DNA of 39,752 nt from contig JAGDVT010000004.1 of NCBI GenBank assembly GCA_023255765.1, forward strand, positions 1 to 39,752. The letters run 5' to 3'. This document shows, piece after piece, positions 1 to 12,953 of the stretch; the stretch's first letter is position 1; each line of letters starts with the position of its first letter. The notes under the pieces are model-generated. The model was not told the DNA's origin. It saw only the letters and a program-made list of their open reading frames with translations, and ran no database searches. Source of the DNA: Candidatus Paceibacter sp. (GTDB lineage Bacteria > Patescibacteriota > Minisyncoccia > UBA6257 > HR35). The position numbers and the translations under genes are program-made.

Positions 1-1115
1 TTTTCAAGAAGATTTTTAATTAAATTATAAATTTTAGAGTTATTATAAAGCATGAAGGACGAAAAAAGGAATGTTAATATACCCACAAATCCCGTAAGTG
101 CTGTGTATTGTTTTGAAAAAGTTTGAATCAAAATAAAAGAGAATTCACTTATTTGTGCTGTTGTTAATCCTACTTCAAATGCAACTCGCCTAGGATAATT
201 TAGAAAATTTAATATGTAAAAAACTATTAATGGGTTAAATATTAAAATAAATAATGTATAAACTAAAGATGAAAAAACAGTAGCATAGTTTAAGTTTATC
301 TGAGATCCTAAATATACAAAAAAGAATATTAGAAACAAATCTTTAATAGGAGAGAACTTTCTAGTAATTTCTGCCAAAACATTTGAACCTGAAAGAGATA
401 TTCCTGCTAATATCGCAGCAGCTTCTATAGAAAAATTTTTATATTTTGCGATTATAATAAATATCATAAGCCAGGCTAATGACAAAAGAAATATTAATTC
501 TGAATTATTTTTAATTTTTAAAAAAAACTTAGAAATTAATTTTCCTAAAAAATAAAGACCTGTAAAAATGAAAATGATCGATATTAAGTCTGAGATTTCT
601 AGAATAGTTATTTTATTAATTGAAAAAACACCAATTATTAACAAAATCAAGATTGCAAATAAATCTTGTATTAAAAGCATACCTAAAGATAATCTTCCAT
701 AAAGAGTATCAAGATCATTTTTATCTAAAAGTATTTTTGTAACTATTATTGTAGAGCTAAAAGAAAAGGCGATTCCGATCATAAAGGCATGAATAAGATT
801 TATGCCTAACAAAATTCCCAAAATTGTTCCTAAAATTGTAGTAAAAAATATCTGTCCTATCCCTAAATATATTATTTCTTTGGAAAATTCACTAAATCTT
901 TTAAGATCCAATCTTAAGCCAACTAAAAATAAAAGAAAAATAAGCCCAAGTTCACCTAGTATAGAAATTTCCTTAGTAAATATTGTGCTAAGGTTAGATA
1001 TTAAAATTCCGGTTAAAATGTACGAAATTAGCAATGGAATTTTAAAATAACTCAATGTTAAAGCTATCAAAGCAGAAAATATTATTATATAAGAAAATAG
1101 ATAAAATAAATTCAT
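1..1115 (-). CDS. Cation:proton antiporter, CPA2/KefC-like family (3' end runs off the window)
   Basis: Not in the ORF track (no stop inside the window). Manual translation from ATG 1115 (ATGA overlap with holA stop): MNLFYLFSYIIIFSALIAL...LGELGLIFLLFLVGLRLD...FSFSSTIIVTKIL...GMLLIQDL...AQISEFSFIL, which are typical CPA2 motifs in a highly hydrophobic protein. Confidence 0.88.
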   Translation of the reverse strand, partial: MNLFYLFSYIIIFSALIALTLSYFKIPLLISYILTGILISNLSTIFTKEISILGELGLIFLLFLVGLRLDLKRFSEFSKEIIYLGIGQIFFTTILGTILGILLGINLIHAFMIGIAFSFSSTIIVTKILLDKNDLDTLYGRLSLGMLLIQDLFAILILLIIGVFSINKITILEISDLISIIFIFTGLYFLGKLISKFFLKIKNNSELIFLLSLAWLMIFIIIAKYKNFSIEAAAILAGISLSGSNVLAEITRKFSPIKDLFLIFFFVYLGSQINLNYATVFSSLVYTLFILIFNPLIVFYILNFLNYPRRVAFEVGLTTAQISEFSFILIQTFSKQYTALTGFVGILTFLFSSFMLYNNSKIYNLIKNLLE

Positions 1116-2002
1116 TTTTCTAAAATTTTTATAAGCTCATAAGGAATATCTTCATCTTTTAGATAAAACTTTTTGTATTTTCTATCAACTTCAGCAAGTA
1201 TATTTATATTTTTAACAATTTTTTCATCGCTAAATTTTTTAGCGTACATCTTAAGTTTTTGTTTATAAAAATAATTTAATCCCAATTTCTCTTCATCTTT
1301 AAAATTTTTGACTTTTTTAAGCAAAAGTATTCTCAAAAATGTTTTATACAAAAAACCAATAATTATTTCTGGCTTTGTTCCTATATTTATTTCTCTTTTT
1401 AATCTTAACAAAAAATCATTGTATCTGTTTTCCAGCAAATCATCAACCATTTCGAATATTCTACTATCTGTAGGCCATTTTATTATATTTAAAAGCTCTT
1501 CTTTTGTTATTTTTTCACCATTTTTATAATATTTTAATTTTTTAAATTCATTCAATAATATTACGGGATTTGTAATAAAAATCTTGGCTAAAATCGTTAA
1601 ATACTCATTGGGCAAATTAATTTTTTCTTCTTTTACATAATTAACTAAAAATTCTTCAAATTCTCTGTAATTTTTAAATTTGAGATTAGGTATCTCGATT
1701 ATTTCATAAGGAATTTGAAGTTGTTTAAGTTTTTTAACCAATAATTCTGGTCTCTTTTGATAAATTAATATAACTTCTTTATCTTTAAAATAATTTAATA
1801 TTTCTTCTGGTAATTCTATTTTATCTAAATCCTTAATAACTAAACAAATATTACTTCCAAACAACCTGTTATTCAATATTTGCTTAAAGCTTTCCTTAAA
1901 ATTTTTATCTTTAAATGAAATATAATATTTTTCTCCTTTTACTAAGCTATTGATTTTTTCTTTAATTAAAAAATCATTTTCGCCTATTATTACATAAAGC
2001 AT
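1112..2002 (-). CDS. holA: DNA polymerase III delta subunit
   Basis: N-term MLYVIIGENDFLIKEKI, central NEFKKLKYY..ITKEEL..IFEMVD, C-term LAEVDRKYK; 296 aa, matching the HolA architecture. Confidence 0.8.
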   Translation of the reverse strand: MLYVIIGENDFLIKEKINSLVKGEKYYISFKDKNFKESFKQILNNRLFGSNICLVIKDLDKIELPEEILNYFKDKEVILIYQKRPELLVKKLKQLQIPYEIIEIPNLKFKNYREFEEFLVNYVKEEKINLPNEYLTILAKIFITNPVILLNEFKKLKYYKNGEKITKEELLNIIKWPTDSRIFEMVDDLLENRYNDFLLRLKREINIGTKPEIIIGFLYKTFLRILLLKKVKNFKDEEKLGLNYFYKQKLKMYAKKFSDEKIVKNINILAEVDRKYKKFYLKDEDIPYELIKILEK

Positions 2003-2030
2003 TTATTTTTAATTATTTATCTTTATTATA

Positions 2031-2315
2031 CTATTTAACTAATTCTTTTAATTCTTTAGCTGGCGAAAATTTAGGAACTCTTGTTGCGGGTACAGTTATT
2101 TTTTCGCCGGTTTTAGGATTTATTGCTGTTCTTGCTTTTCTTTCTCTTACTCTAAAAGTACCTAATCCAGGTAATTTTACTTTATTTCCTTGCTTCAAAT
2201 TTTGGGCTACTAATTCTACAAAATAATTTAATATTTCGACTACTGTTTTTTTAGGAACATCAAATTTTTCTGCTATTTTTTGAGCTAAGGCTTCTCTTTT
2301 TACTGTTTGAGCCAT
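2031..2315 (-). CDS. hup: Histone-like DNA-binding protein HU
   Basis: KVKLPGLGTFRVRERKARTAINPKTGEKITVPATRVPKFSPAKELKE, the HU/IHF signature. Confidence 0.96.
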   Translation of the reverse strand: MAQTVKREALAQKIAEKFDVPKKTVVEILNYFVELVAQNLKQGNKVKLPGLGTFRVRERKARTAINPKTGEKITVPATRVPKFSPAKELKELVK

Positions 2316-2336
2316 ATTTATAAAATTTATTTTAAT

Positions 2337-2401
2337 TCGACCAAAATTATTATTTAAATTTTACCATAAAAAATAATAAAATTCTCAGATTTTGTGGATA
2401 T
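2337..2401 (-). promoter_or_regulatory. HU promoter/leader: DnaA-box-like ATATCCACA (2393-2401), extended -10 TGGTAAAAT (hexamer 2358-2363), GGTCGA leader motif (2337-2342)
   Basis: Read directly on the minus strand; same layout as upstream of the major pilin. Confidence 0.6.
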
Positions 2402-3943
2402 CTATCTAGCATATTCAAATGCCCTATTTTCTCTTATAACTACTACCTTTATTTCTCCTGGGAAATTTATGGTTTCTTCTATCTTTTTTGCTATTTCTTT
2501 AGCTAATTTATATATTTCTAAATCACTAATTTCTTCTGGCCTTACAAAAACCCATAATTCTCTTCCGCCACTTATAGCATATACCTTTTCGACCCCTTTA
2601 AAGGAATATGCAATTTTTTCCAAGTTTTCTACTCTTTGAAGGTATGCTTCTAATGCTTCCGAACGTGCTCCTGGTCTTTGCGAAGATATAGCATCTGCTG
2701 CTAAAACTACATATGCTTCTGGTACTGCAAATGGGTAAGTCTCATGGTGAGACCTCATTGCTAATATTACTTTTTCATCTATATTATATTTTTGTAATAT
2801 TTTTATACCTATTTCCAAGTGACTACCTTCAATTTCATGGGTTACTGATTTACCAATATCATGTAAAAATCCAGCTCTTTTTGCTGTTTCTTTATCTAAA
2901 TTTAGCTCTTCAGCTATCATTCTAGAAAAAATAGCAACTTCTATTGAATGCTGAAGCACATTTTGACCATAGCTGTATCTATACTTTAGTCTACCCATTA
3001 ATTTAATGATATCTTCAGGTAAATCAAATATATTAAGTTCTTCTGCTGCTTCTTTACCTGCTTTTTTAATTTCTTCTTCTATGTGTTCTTTAGCGTATAA
3101 AACTGCTTCTTCTATTGTTGCTGGTTGTATTCGTCCATCTTTTATTAATTTTTCTAATGCTACCCTTGCAATTTCCCTTCTTACTGGGTCGAAAGAAGAG
3201 ATTGTTACTATATCAGGAGTTTCATTATCTATAATAAGCTGAACTCCTGTTAATTTTTCAAAGTATCTTATATTTCTTCCTTCTTTACCGATAATTCTTC
3301 CTTTCATTTCTTCACTTGGTAGCGTAATTATAGTCATATTAAATTCATTTGCAACAGATCTGCTATATTTAGGTAGTACACTTAATATTATTTCTTGTGC
3401 CTTCTTTTCTATCTCTTCTTTGTTATTATTTAATAATTTATTAATCCTTTTAATTAATAAAATTTCGTTTTCTTTTTCTATTTGTTCTATTAAAATTTCC
3501 AAGGCTTTTTCTTTATTAATTTCTGCTAATTCTTCTAATTTCTTTTGATATTCTTCTTTGAGATTTTTTATTTCCTCTTCTTTTTTTTCTAATTCTTGAA
3601 ATAAATTTTTATATTTTTCCCTTTCTTCTTCCAATTCTTTCTCTTTATTTTCTAAAAATTCTTCTCTTCTGGTTATTCTTTCTTCTCTTATTTTTAAATC
3701 TCTCAATATTTCTTCTTTTTCTTTCTTAGCAGATTCTAAAATTTCGATTGCCTTTTTTTCTGCTTCTAGCAATAGTTCTTGCTCTTTTCTTTTTAATTCC
3801 TCTATCCTTTCTTTAAGTTTCTGTTCTACAGAAGTAGCTTTCGCACGTACAAACAAATATCTTATTAAAATCCCAATTATTACACCAATTAGAAATATCA
3901 CAAAATATAAAATTATGTTTGAAATTGTATATGTAATAGTCAT
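2402..3943 (-). CDS. rny: Ribonuclease Y
   Basis: N-terminal TM helix, long coiled coil, KH motif KGRIIGKEGRNIR, HD motif LHDIGK, AADAISSQRPGAR. Confidence 0.97.
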   Translation of the reverse strand: MTITYTISNIILYFVIFLIGVIIGILIRYLFVRAKATSVEQKLKERIEELKRKEQELLLEAEKKAIEILESAKKEKEEILRDLKIREERITRREEFLENKEKELEEEREKYKNLFQELEKKEEEIKNLKEEYQKKLEELAEINKEKALEILIEQIEKENEILLIKRINKLLNNNKEEIEKKAQEIILSVLPKYSRSVANEFNMTIITLPSEEMKGRIIGKEGRNIRYFEKLTGVQLIIDNETPDIVTISSFDPVRREIARVALEKLIKDGRIQPATIEEAVLYAKEHIEEEIKKAGKEAAEELNIFDLPEDIIKLMGRLKYRYSYGQNVLQHSIEVAIFSRMIAEELNLDKETAKRAGFLHDIGKSVTHEIEGSHLEIGIKILQKYNIDEKVILAMRSHHETYPFAVPEAYVVLAADAISSQRPGARSEALEAYLQRVENLEKIAYSFKGVEKVYAISGGRELWVFVRPEEISDLEIYKLAKEIAKKIEETINFPGEIKVVVIRENRAFEYAR

Positions 3944-3966
3944 GATAATATTTGTAAATATAAATT

Positions 3967-3992
3967 TCGGCCTTCATATTATAATTATTATA
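3967..3992. promoter_or_regulatory. Divergent rny/gpmI promoter region with TATAAT on both strands and a GGCCGA leader motif for rny
   Basis: Minus-strand TATAAT at 3987-3992 and 3978-3983, plus-strand TATAAT at 3980-3985, minus-strand AAGGCCGAAA with hexamer at 3967-3972. Confidence 0.5.
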
Positions 3993-4013
3993 ACTATTTT
4001 CCTTTAGTTAAAA

Positions 4014-5567
4014 ATGAACAAAGTTTTATTAATAATTCTAGATGGTTGGGGAGAAGGTAAAAAAGATTATAGTAACCCTATTTATTTAGCAAAAGAAAAG
4101 GATTTTTTTGAATTTATAAGAGAACATTTTCCTTTTTATTTGTTACAGGCTTCTGGTATAGCAGTTGGCTTACCTTGGAAAGAGGCAGGAAATAGCGAGG
4201 TTGGGCATTTATGTATGGGAACTGGCAAGGTTTATTATCAGAATTACCCAAGAATTACTTTGTCTATAAAAAATGGGCAGTTTTTTGAAAACGAGGTTTT
4301 AATTTCTTGTTTGAATCATGCTAATAAATACAAAAGCAGGGTCCATTTGATAGGCCTTTTAACATCAGGCATTGTTCATGCTTCTTATGAACATTTAATT
4401 GCTTTATTGGAATTTTTTAAGAAAAATAACTTTAAAAATGTATACTTACATCTATTTTTAGATGGTCGAGATAGTCCTCCACAATCTGGTTTAGACTTGT
4501 TATTAAAATTAGAAAAAGATATAGAAAGAATAGGCGTAGGTAAAATTGCTACATTATGTGGAAGAACGTATGGAATGGATAAAAATGAGTATTGGAAAAT
4601 TAAAACACAAGTTGCTTTTTATCTAATAACTGAAGGTGTGGGGAAGGAAGTTTCTGACTACAAAGAATATATAAAAAAGATTTATGAAAGTAATATTAAT
4701 TTTATAGATGAAAACTTAGAACCATTAGTTATAGATAAAGAAGGAATAGTAAAAGATAATGATGCTATATTTTTCTTTAATTTCAGGGCGGATAGTATGT
4801 ATCAATTGGCTAAAGCTTTTCTAGAAATTGAATTTCCTTATTTTCAAAGAACATCTAAAAATAATTTATTTATTGCATCTATGACTAAATATTTGGAAGA
4901 AATAGATTATCCTGTTGCCTTTCCTCCTATTAAAATTAAGACTAGCATTTCCAAAATTATAGCTGAAAATAAATTATTGCAACTTAAAATTTCAGAAAAA
5001 TATAAAGCATATCATCTAACATATTTTTTTAACGGTTTTATAAATGAACCACATCCTGGAGAATATTGGAAAATAATACCAAGTAGTGAAAAAAATTTTA
5101 GGGAAAATCCTATGCTTCAAAGTAAATTAATTACTGAGTTTATCTTAAATGCAATAAAAGAAGGAAGTTATTCATTCATAGCTGCAAATTATTCAGCTCC
5201 CGATATTATAGGTCATACAGGTGATATTAATTTGGCAATAAAAGTCGTAGAAGGTTTTAATAATGAATTAAAAAAAATATATAATGAAATTATAGATAGA
5301 ACAGAGTGGTTTATGATAATTACTAGTGATCATGGGAATATAGAAAATATGATAAATTTAAAAACAGGAGAACCTCAAACTACTCATGATGTCAATCCTG
5401 TGCCTTGTTATATTATTAATAAAAAATTATATATAGAGACAAAAACTGCTGATTTAAAAATAAAAGAAGAATCGGTTAGGGGAAGTTTAATAGACATAGC
5501 TCCTACAATTTTAAAATTACTAAATTTACCTATCCCAGAAGATTTCGAGGGTAAATCTTTGGTATAA
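4014..5567 (+). CDS. gpmI: 2,3-bisphosphoglycerate-independent phosphoglycerate mutase
   Basis: LIILDGWG, GNSEVGH (catalytic Ser), LDGRDSPP, FNFRAD, PDIIGHTG, TSDHGN, TTH. Confidence 0.95.
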   Translation: MNKVLLIILDGWGEGKKDYSNPIYLAKEKDFFEFIREHFPFYLLQASGIAVGLPWKEAGNSEVGHLCMGTGKVYYQNYPRITLSIKNGQFFENEVLISCLNHANKYKSRVHLIGLLTSGIVHASYEHLIALLEFFKKNNFKNVYLHLFLDGRDSPPQSGLDLLLKLEKDIERIGVGKIATLCGRTYGMDKNEYWKIKTQVAFYLITEGVGKEVSDYKEYIKKIYESNINFIDENLEPLVIDKEGIVKDNDAIFFFNFRADSMYQLAKAFLEIEFPYFQRTSKNNLFIASMTKYLEEIDYPVAFPPIKIKTSISKIIAENKLLQLKISEKYKAYHLTYFFNGFINEPHPGEYWKIIPSSEKNFRENPMLQSKLITEFILNAIKEGSYSFIAANYSAPDIIGHTGDINLAIKVVEGFNNELKKIYNEIIDRTEWFMIITSDHGNIENMINLKTGEPQTTHDVNPVPCYIINKKLYIETKTADLKIKEESVRGSLIDIAPTILKLLNLPIPEDFEGKSLV

Positions 5568-5581
5568 TTTATTACATAATA

Positions 5582-6790
5582 ATGAATAAATATAATTTTT
5601 ATTTAATCGTTTTTTTAATATTATTCATAGTAGGTGTATTTTTTATTTTTACTAATTTTTTTAAGTTTAAGTTAGGATTGGATTTAGCTGGTGGTGTTGT
5701 TTTATATTACAATGTTGAATTAGATAAGGTAAAAAGTGGCGAAATTTCGGATATTTTAGCTTCCATCAAAGACTTAATTGAAAGAAGGATAAACACATTG
5801 GGAATTTCTGAAGTTTCAATAAGTTATACAAGATCAGGAAGAATAATAGTAGAAATTCCTCATATTAAAAATCCTCAAGAAGCTATTGATTTAATAGGCG
5901 CAACACCAGTTCTGGAATTTAGAGTACCAATACAACAAGGGACAAGTACTATATTTGTTCCTTCAGAATTAACGGGTAAATATTTAATAAATTCGAATGT
6001 GGTTTATAATCCTAAGACTGGTTTCCCTGTTGTTGAGTTAATATTTGATAAAAATGGCGCTAAAATTTTCGAAGAATTAACTAGTAAATATATAAATCAA
6101 CCTATCGCAATTTATTTGGATGGAAAACCAATTTCTATACCTATAGTAAGAGAGAAAATTACTGGTGGGAAAGCAATTATAGAAGGGAATTTTAATTTAT
6201 TTGAAGCTAAACAATTAGCATACAGATTAAAACAAGGAGCTCTACCTGCTCCCTTAAAATTAATAGGCACTTCTACAGTAAATCCTGAATTAGGCCAGAA
6301 ATTTCTAGAATTAGCTATTAAAGGAGGTATTATTGGTACATTTTTAGTTATTTTATTTATGATATTTTATTATAGAATACAAGGCTTAATAGCATCTATT
6401 GCCTTAATTTTCTACATTATTTTTAATCTTTTTATTTATAAATTAATAGGCGTTGTTTTGTCTTTATCTGCTATAACTGGATTTATACTATCAATAGGCA
6501 TGGCAGTTGATGCAAATATTTTAATTGCTGAGAGAATAAAAGAAGAAAGAAGAAAGAATATAAAACTAGAGGATGCCCTGGAAATAGGTTTTAACAGAGC
6601 TTGGCCTTCTATAAGAGATTCTAATATATCAACAATTATTTCTACTATTATTATGTATTTATTAACAACATCTTTTGTAAGAGGTTTTGCATTAACATTA
6701 GGTCTAGGTGTTTTAATAAGTATGTTAACCGCAGTATTTTTAACTAAAATCTTAACTTTCAAATTTATTCCTTATTTCAGTAGAACTTGA
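5582..6790 (+). CDS. secD: Protein translocase subunit SecD (short form)
   Basis: LGLDLAGG, IERRINTLGISE, GALPAPL, ILSIGMAVDANILIAERIKEE, RAWPSIRDSN, VRGFALTLGLGV. Confidence 0.95.
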   Translation: MNKYNFYLIVFLILFIVGVFFIFTNFFKFKLGLDLAGGVVLYYNVELDKVKSGEISDILASIKDLIERRINTLGISEVSISYTRSGRIIVEIPHIKNPQEAIDLIGATPVLEFRVPIQQGTSTIFVPSELTGKYLINSNVVYNPKTGFPVVELIFDKNGAKIFEELTSKYINQPIAIYLDGKPISIPIVREKITGGKAIIEGNFNLFEAKQLAYRLKQGALPAPLKLIGTSTVNPELGQKFLELAIKGGIIGTFLVILFMIFYYRIQGLIASIALIFYIIFNLFIYKLIGVVLSLSAITGFILSIGMAVDANILIAERIKEERRKNIKLEDALEIGFNRAWPSIRDSNISTIISTIIMYLLTTSFVRGFALTLGLGVLISMLTAVFLTKILTFKFIPYFSRT

Positions 6791-6814
6791 CTTTAAATTT
6801 TTTTTAACTAAAAT
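6787..6814 (+). promoter_or_regulatory. Sigma70-type promoter of greA
   Basis: TTGACT (6787-6792), 16 nt, TAAAAT (6809-6814), then 10 nt to the ATG. Confidence 0.55.
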
Positions 6815-6824
6815 TTATATTATT

Positions 6825-9855
<3,031 letters not shown>

Positions 9856-9868
<13 letters not shown>

Positions 9869-10386
9869 GATGTTGTTGTAAAAACGCTATTAATTGGCGC
9901 AACTGAAATTTGAAAATTAATTGGAACATTTATTGATTTTGTTTTTGCTATTCCATTTAAAGATAATGTAATTAGCTTATAAGAAGTTTTATTGTAATCA
10001 CCGCTGGTTGACAAAGAACCGGTTGCATATACTTCAAAAGTATTAATTTCTGCATAATTTGTATCTATTAATGTGCTAGTATTGTTATCTAATTTATAAA
10101 TTAATGTTTTTAAATTTGGATCATAATAAATTTCTAAATTTTTACAATCTACTGCCCTTTGGAATTTTATACCATAAGTAGTTGTAGCAAAATTTATTCC
10201 ATATTTCATTTCTCTCCATATTTTTTCTAAAGCTAATTTTACATTACCTATAGATGCTTGAAGTTGCTGTGAGATTAAATGTTGTCTGACTAAATTTATA
10301 TACATAATAGAAACTGTACCTATCCCTATAATAAAAACTAAAATAGCTATCATAGCTTCTAAAACTGTAAAGCCTTTATTTCTCAT
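9856..10386 (-). CDS. Minor pilin (PilW-like prepilin)
   Basis: Likely start ATG 10386 (ATGA overlap with the upstream stop): MRNKG|FTVLEAMIAILVF, a class III signal peptide; ALEKIWREMKYG. Confidence 0.82.
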
Positions 10387-10868
10387 GGTATCGTTGGTAT
10401 CCAATCTGTTAATATTGTTTCCAACTCTATTGGTGGAGAATCCCCAAAATCAACAATACTTGTAACTGTTGCAATATTATTATTAACCTCTATTTTTATT
10501 AACCTACTAAAAATTGTCTGTGTTGCGGTATTTGTATGGACATATTGATTTTTATCATTTAAATATAAAGGGCATGATGTACTTGAACCTGGTTTAGGAT
10601 CTAGATTTATATCTATACAATTACTACCGCTTAATCCATCTAACCAACCCTTACCTGCTGCTTTGTTTATATTTCTCTTTGCAATAACTAATTCTAAACC
10701 TTCCTGAGCCAAAAAATTCGCAATAATTCTTTCTTTTGTTGTTTTTAAAATTTTCAAATAATTATTAACTAAAATAATTAAGCTCACAAAGGCAATTGAA
10801 AAAATTATCAATGATAATAAAACTTCTAATATTGATTGGCTTTTATTCTGAAATAATTTGTCCTGCAT
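10383..10868 (-). CDS. Minor pilin (PilV-like prepilin)
   Basis: NKS|QSILEVLLSLIIF with E5, and ANFLAQEGLELV..R typical of PilV-like pilins; start uncertain (10868 or 10889). Confidence 0.75.
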   Translation of the reverse strand: MQDKLFQNKSQSILEVLLSLIIFSIAFVSLIILVNNYLKILKTTKERIIANFLAQEGLELVIAKRNINKAAGKGWLDGLSGSNCIDINLDPKPGSSTSCPLYLNDKNQYVHTNTATQTIFSRLIKIEVNNNIATVTSIVDFGDSPPIELETILTDWIPTIP

Positions 10869-11469
10869 TCGTGATTGATATTGTTGCATTATCTTGGTTC
10901 TTTGTTAATATTAAATTAAATTTATTTGCAAAATCTATTTTATTATTATCTACATAAATTAATGGGTCTCCATAAGGATGTAAAAACATTATAGAAGTTG
11001 AATTAAAAGAATTTGGTGCATTTCCTGTAGAATATCTAATTTCATAATCTTTTAATTCTTCAAAAACTATTAAGGGGTTATTTCTATCTGTAATTATTTG
11101 AGCATTTTTAGCAAAATATAAATTAGGTGATTTATTTGTAAAATTAAATTCTCCTGGAGTATCACTTGCTATTTTATAACAATCAACATTTTCACCAGAA
11201 GTAGCATAAACTATTCCTAAATAATTTGATTTTGAAATTAAGATACCTATTCCACAAACAGTAGAGGTGGAATTATTTATATTTACTTCAATTTTCTTAA
11301 AACTTAAATCTTGTGCTAATCTTAAATTTTCTGCTAATAATAATTTTGTTTTTTGAAATTCATAGAAATTTTTATTTAAAGAAGTTAAACCAAAAACAGC
11401 TCCTAAAACAATAGCTGAAACAAGTAAAACTACTGTTGATTCAAATATTGTGAAACCTTTATTTTTCAT
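10843..11469 (-). CDS. Minor pilin (FimT/FimU-like prepilin)
   Basis: MKNKG|FTIFESTVVLLV, LAENLRLAQDLS, C-terminal ISITNAGQI. Confidence 0.8.
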   Translation of the reverse strand: MKNKGFTIFESTVVLLVSAIVLGAVFGLTSLNKNFYEFQKTKLLLAENLRLAQDLSFKKIEVNINNSTSTVCGIGILISKSNYLGIVYATSGENVDCYKIASDTPGEFNFTNKSPNLYFAKNAQIITDRNNPLIVFEELKDYEIRYSTGNAPNSFNSTSIMFLHPYGDPLIYVDNNKIDFANKFNLILTKNQDNATISITNAGQIISE

Positions 11470-12311
11470 TAACTTAATTTTAACATAAAACTATTCAAAA
11501 TTTTAAATAAGTATTCTCCATAAAATAATAACACAAGTGAGCTAGCGAAAACTAAAGGAATAAACGGTATTTCATTGAAAAATTTTCTTATTTTAAGAAT
11601 TTTATATATACCAATAATAGCACCTAAAAAAGAAGAAAGTAAAATTACAGCAAGAATATCTCCTGGACCTAAAAACAAGCCAAGAAAAAAAGCAATTTTC
11701 AGATCTCCTAAACCTATTCCTTTCCCCAAGGTAACCACAAATAATGTAAGAATAAATATAGAAAAAATAAAAGCTATAAAAATTTGATTTAAAATTAAAC
11801 TATATTTAGTTTTAATTGGAAGATTAAAAAAGTAATTAAACCCACCTGTTAATTCAAACTTTTGTATAGGTATTATTAAAAATATTAAAGTAAATATAAT
11901 CCATCCTAATAGCCCAAAATAAAATGTTTTTTCTTCAATATAAAATGTTTCTAAATCATATAATGCCAATATAAATAGAATCGAATAGAAAAAGATTATA
12001 TAAAGAAATAAAATTAAATTTGAGAAATTTAGATTGACCAAAATGCCTGATTTTGATGCTGCACCATAAGTAAAAATTCCTGCTATTATTTCTGTTAATG
12101 GGTATCTTAATGAAATTTTATTTTTACAATTTCTGCATCTGCCTTTTTGAATAATAAAACTTATAATTGGTATTAATTCATACCAAGAAAGCTCTTTTTT
12201 ACAATAAGGACATTTTGATCTTGAAAATAAAAATTCTTCTCCTTTTACTAATCTATATGCAACATTATTCAAAAAAGAACCTAAAAATAATCCTAAAATT
12301 AGATATAGCAT
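11469..12311 (-). CDS. pilD: Prepilin peptidase/N-methyltransferase (A24)
   Basis: GSFLNNVAYRL, RSKCPYC..ELIPIISF..GRCRNC zinc domain, catalytic YD and GLGDLK (GxGD), IPFIP. Confidence 0.95.
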   Translation of the reverse strand: MLYLILGLFLGSFLNNVAYRLVKGEEFLFSRSKCPYCKKELSWYELIPIISFIIQKGRCRNCKNKISLRYPLTEIIAGIFTYGAASKSGILVNLNFSNLILFLYIIFFYSILFILALYDLETFYIEEKTFYFGLLGWIIFTLIFLIIPIQKFELTGGFNYFFNLPIKTKYSLILNQIFIAFIFSIFILTLFVVTLGKGIGLGDLKIAFFLGLFLGPGDILAVILLSSFLGAIIGIYKILKIRKFFNEIPFIPLVFASSLVLLFYGEYLFKILNSFMLKLS

Positions 12312-12363
12312 TAGTATTTATATTTTGTGTTTATTTTAAAAATATACTTTAATTACACTAACT

Positions 12364-12864
12364 TTAATAAGCTAGACAATAATAATTGTCGTTACAATTA
12401 CTTATAAAAGTACTAGCACTTGGACAACTCCAACCACTTGGAGTAGTTGTAACTGTTCCTTCATACAGAGCTCGCGCTTGATCTCTCGTACTTTCTAACC
12501 TTGCTGCTATAATAAAGTTTGTTGGGTTAGTGTTTACATTTGTACCAGGAGTTGAGGTACAAGGAGCATATAAGTAAGGAGTAAGACCTGAAGGATCTCT
12601 CGGTAAACTACTTCCTGCTCCTAAAACACCAGCAGCTCTAAGCTGACTTTCTAATGTATTCCAGTCAGTAGCTGTTGGATAGCTTCCATTTTTTGTATAA
12701 TAAGCAGTTAAATATGTTATAGTGTTTCTTAAATCTCCTATTCTTCTCTGATCTCTAGCTGTAGAAGTAAAGCCCCCCAAATTTCTTAATAATAGACCTG
12801 CTAAAATACCTATTACTAAAAGAACCACTGCTAATTCGACTAATGTAAATGCTTTTTTACTCAT
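12364..12864 (-). CDS. Type IV major pilin (PilA/GspG-like)
   Basis: MSKKA|FTLVELAVVLLVIGILAG, ARDQRRIGDL, YYTKNGSYP, LPRDP, C-terminal cysteines; has its own promoter-like region. Confidence 0.88.
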   Translation of the reverse strand: MSKKAFTLVELAVVLLVIGILAGLLLRNLGGFTSTARDQRRIGDLRNTITYLTAYYTKNGSYPTATDWNTLESQLRAAGVLGAGSSLPRDPSGLTPYLYAPCTSTPGTNVNTNPTNFIIAARLESTRDQARALYEGTVTTTPSGWSCPSASTFISNCNDNYYCLAY

Positions 12865-12885
12865 ATTTAATAGTATTAACTAAAT

Positions 12886-12953
12886 TCGACCTTTTTATTT
12901 TAAATTTTATTATACAACTATTTTAATAAAAAAATAAAAAAAATTGTGGATAA
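12886..12953 (-). promoter_or_regulatory. Major pilin promoter/leader: DnaA box TTATCCACA (12945-12953), -10 TATAAT (12909-12914), AAAGGTCGAA leader motif (hexamer 12886-12891)
   Basis: Read directly from the sequence; spacing nearly identical to the HU upstream region. Confidence 0.62.

Noticed and set aside
802..1050. 82-aa plus-strand ORF in the track
   Set aside because: Antisense shadow of the CPA2 antiporter on the minus strand.
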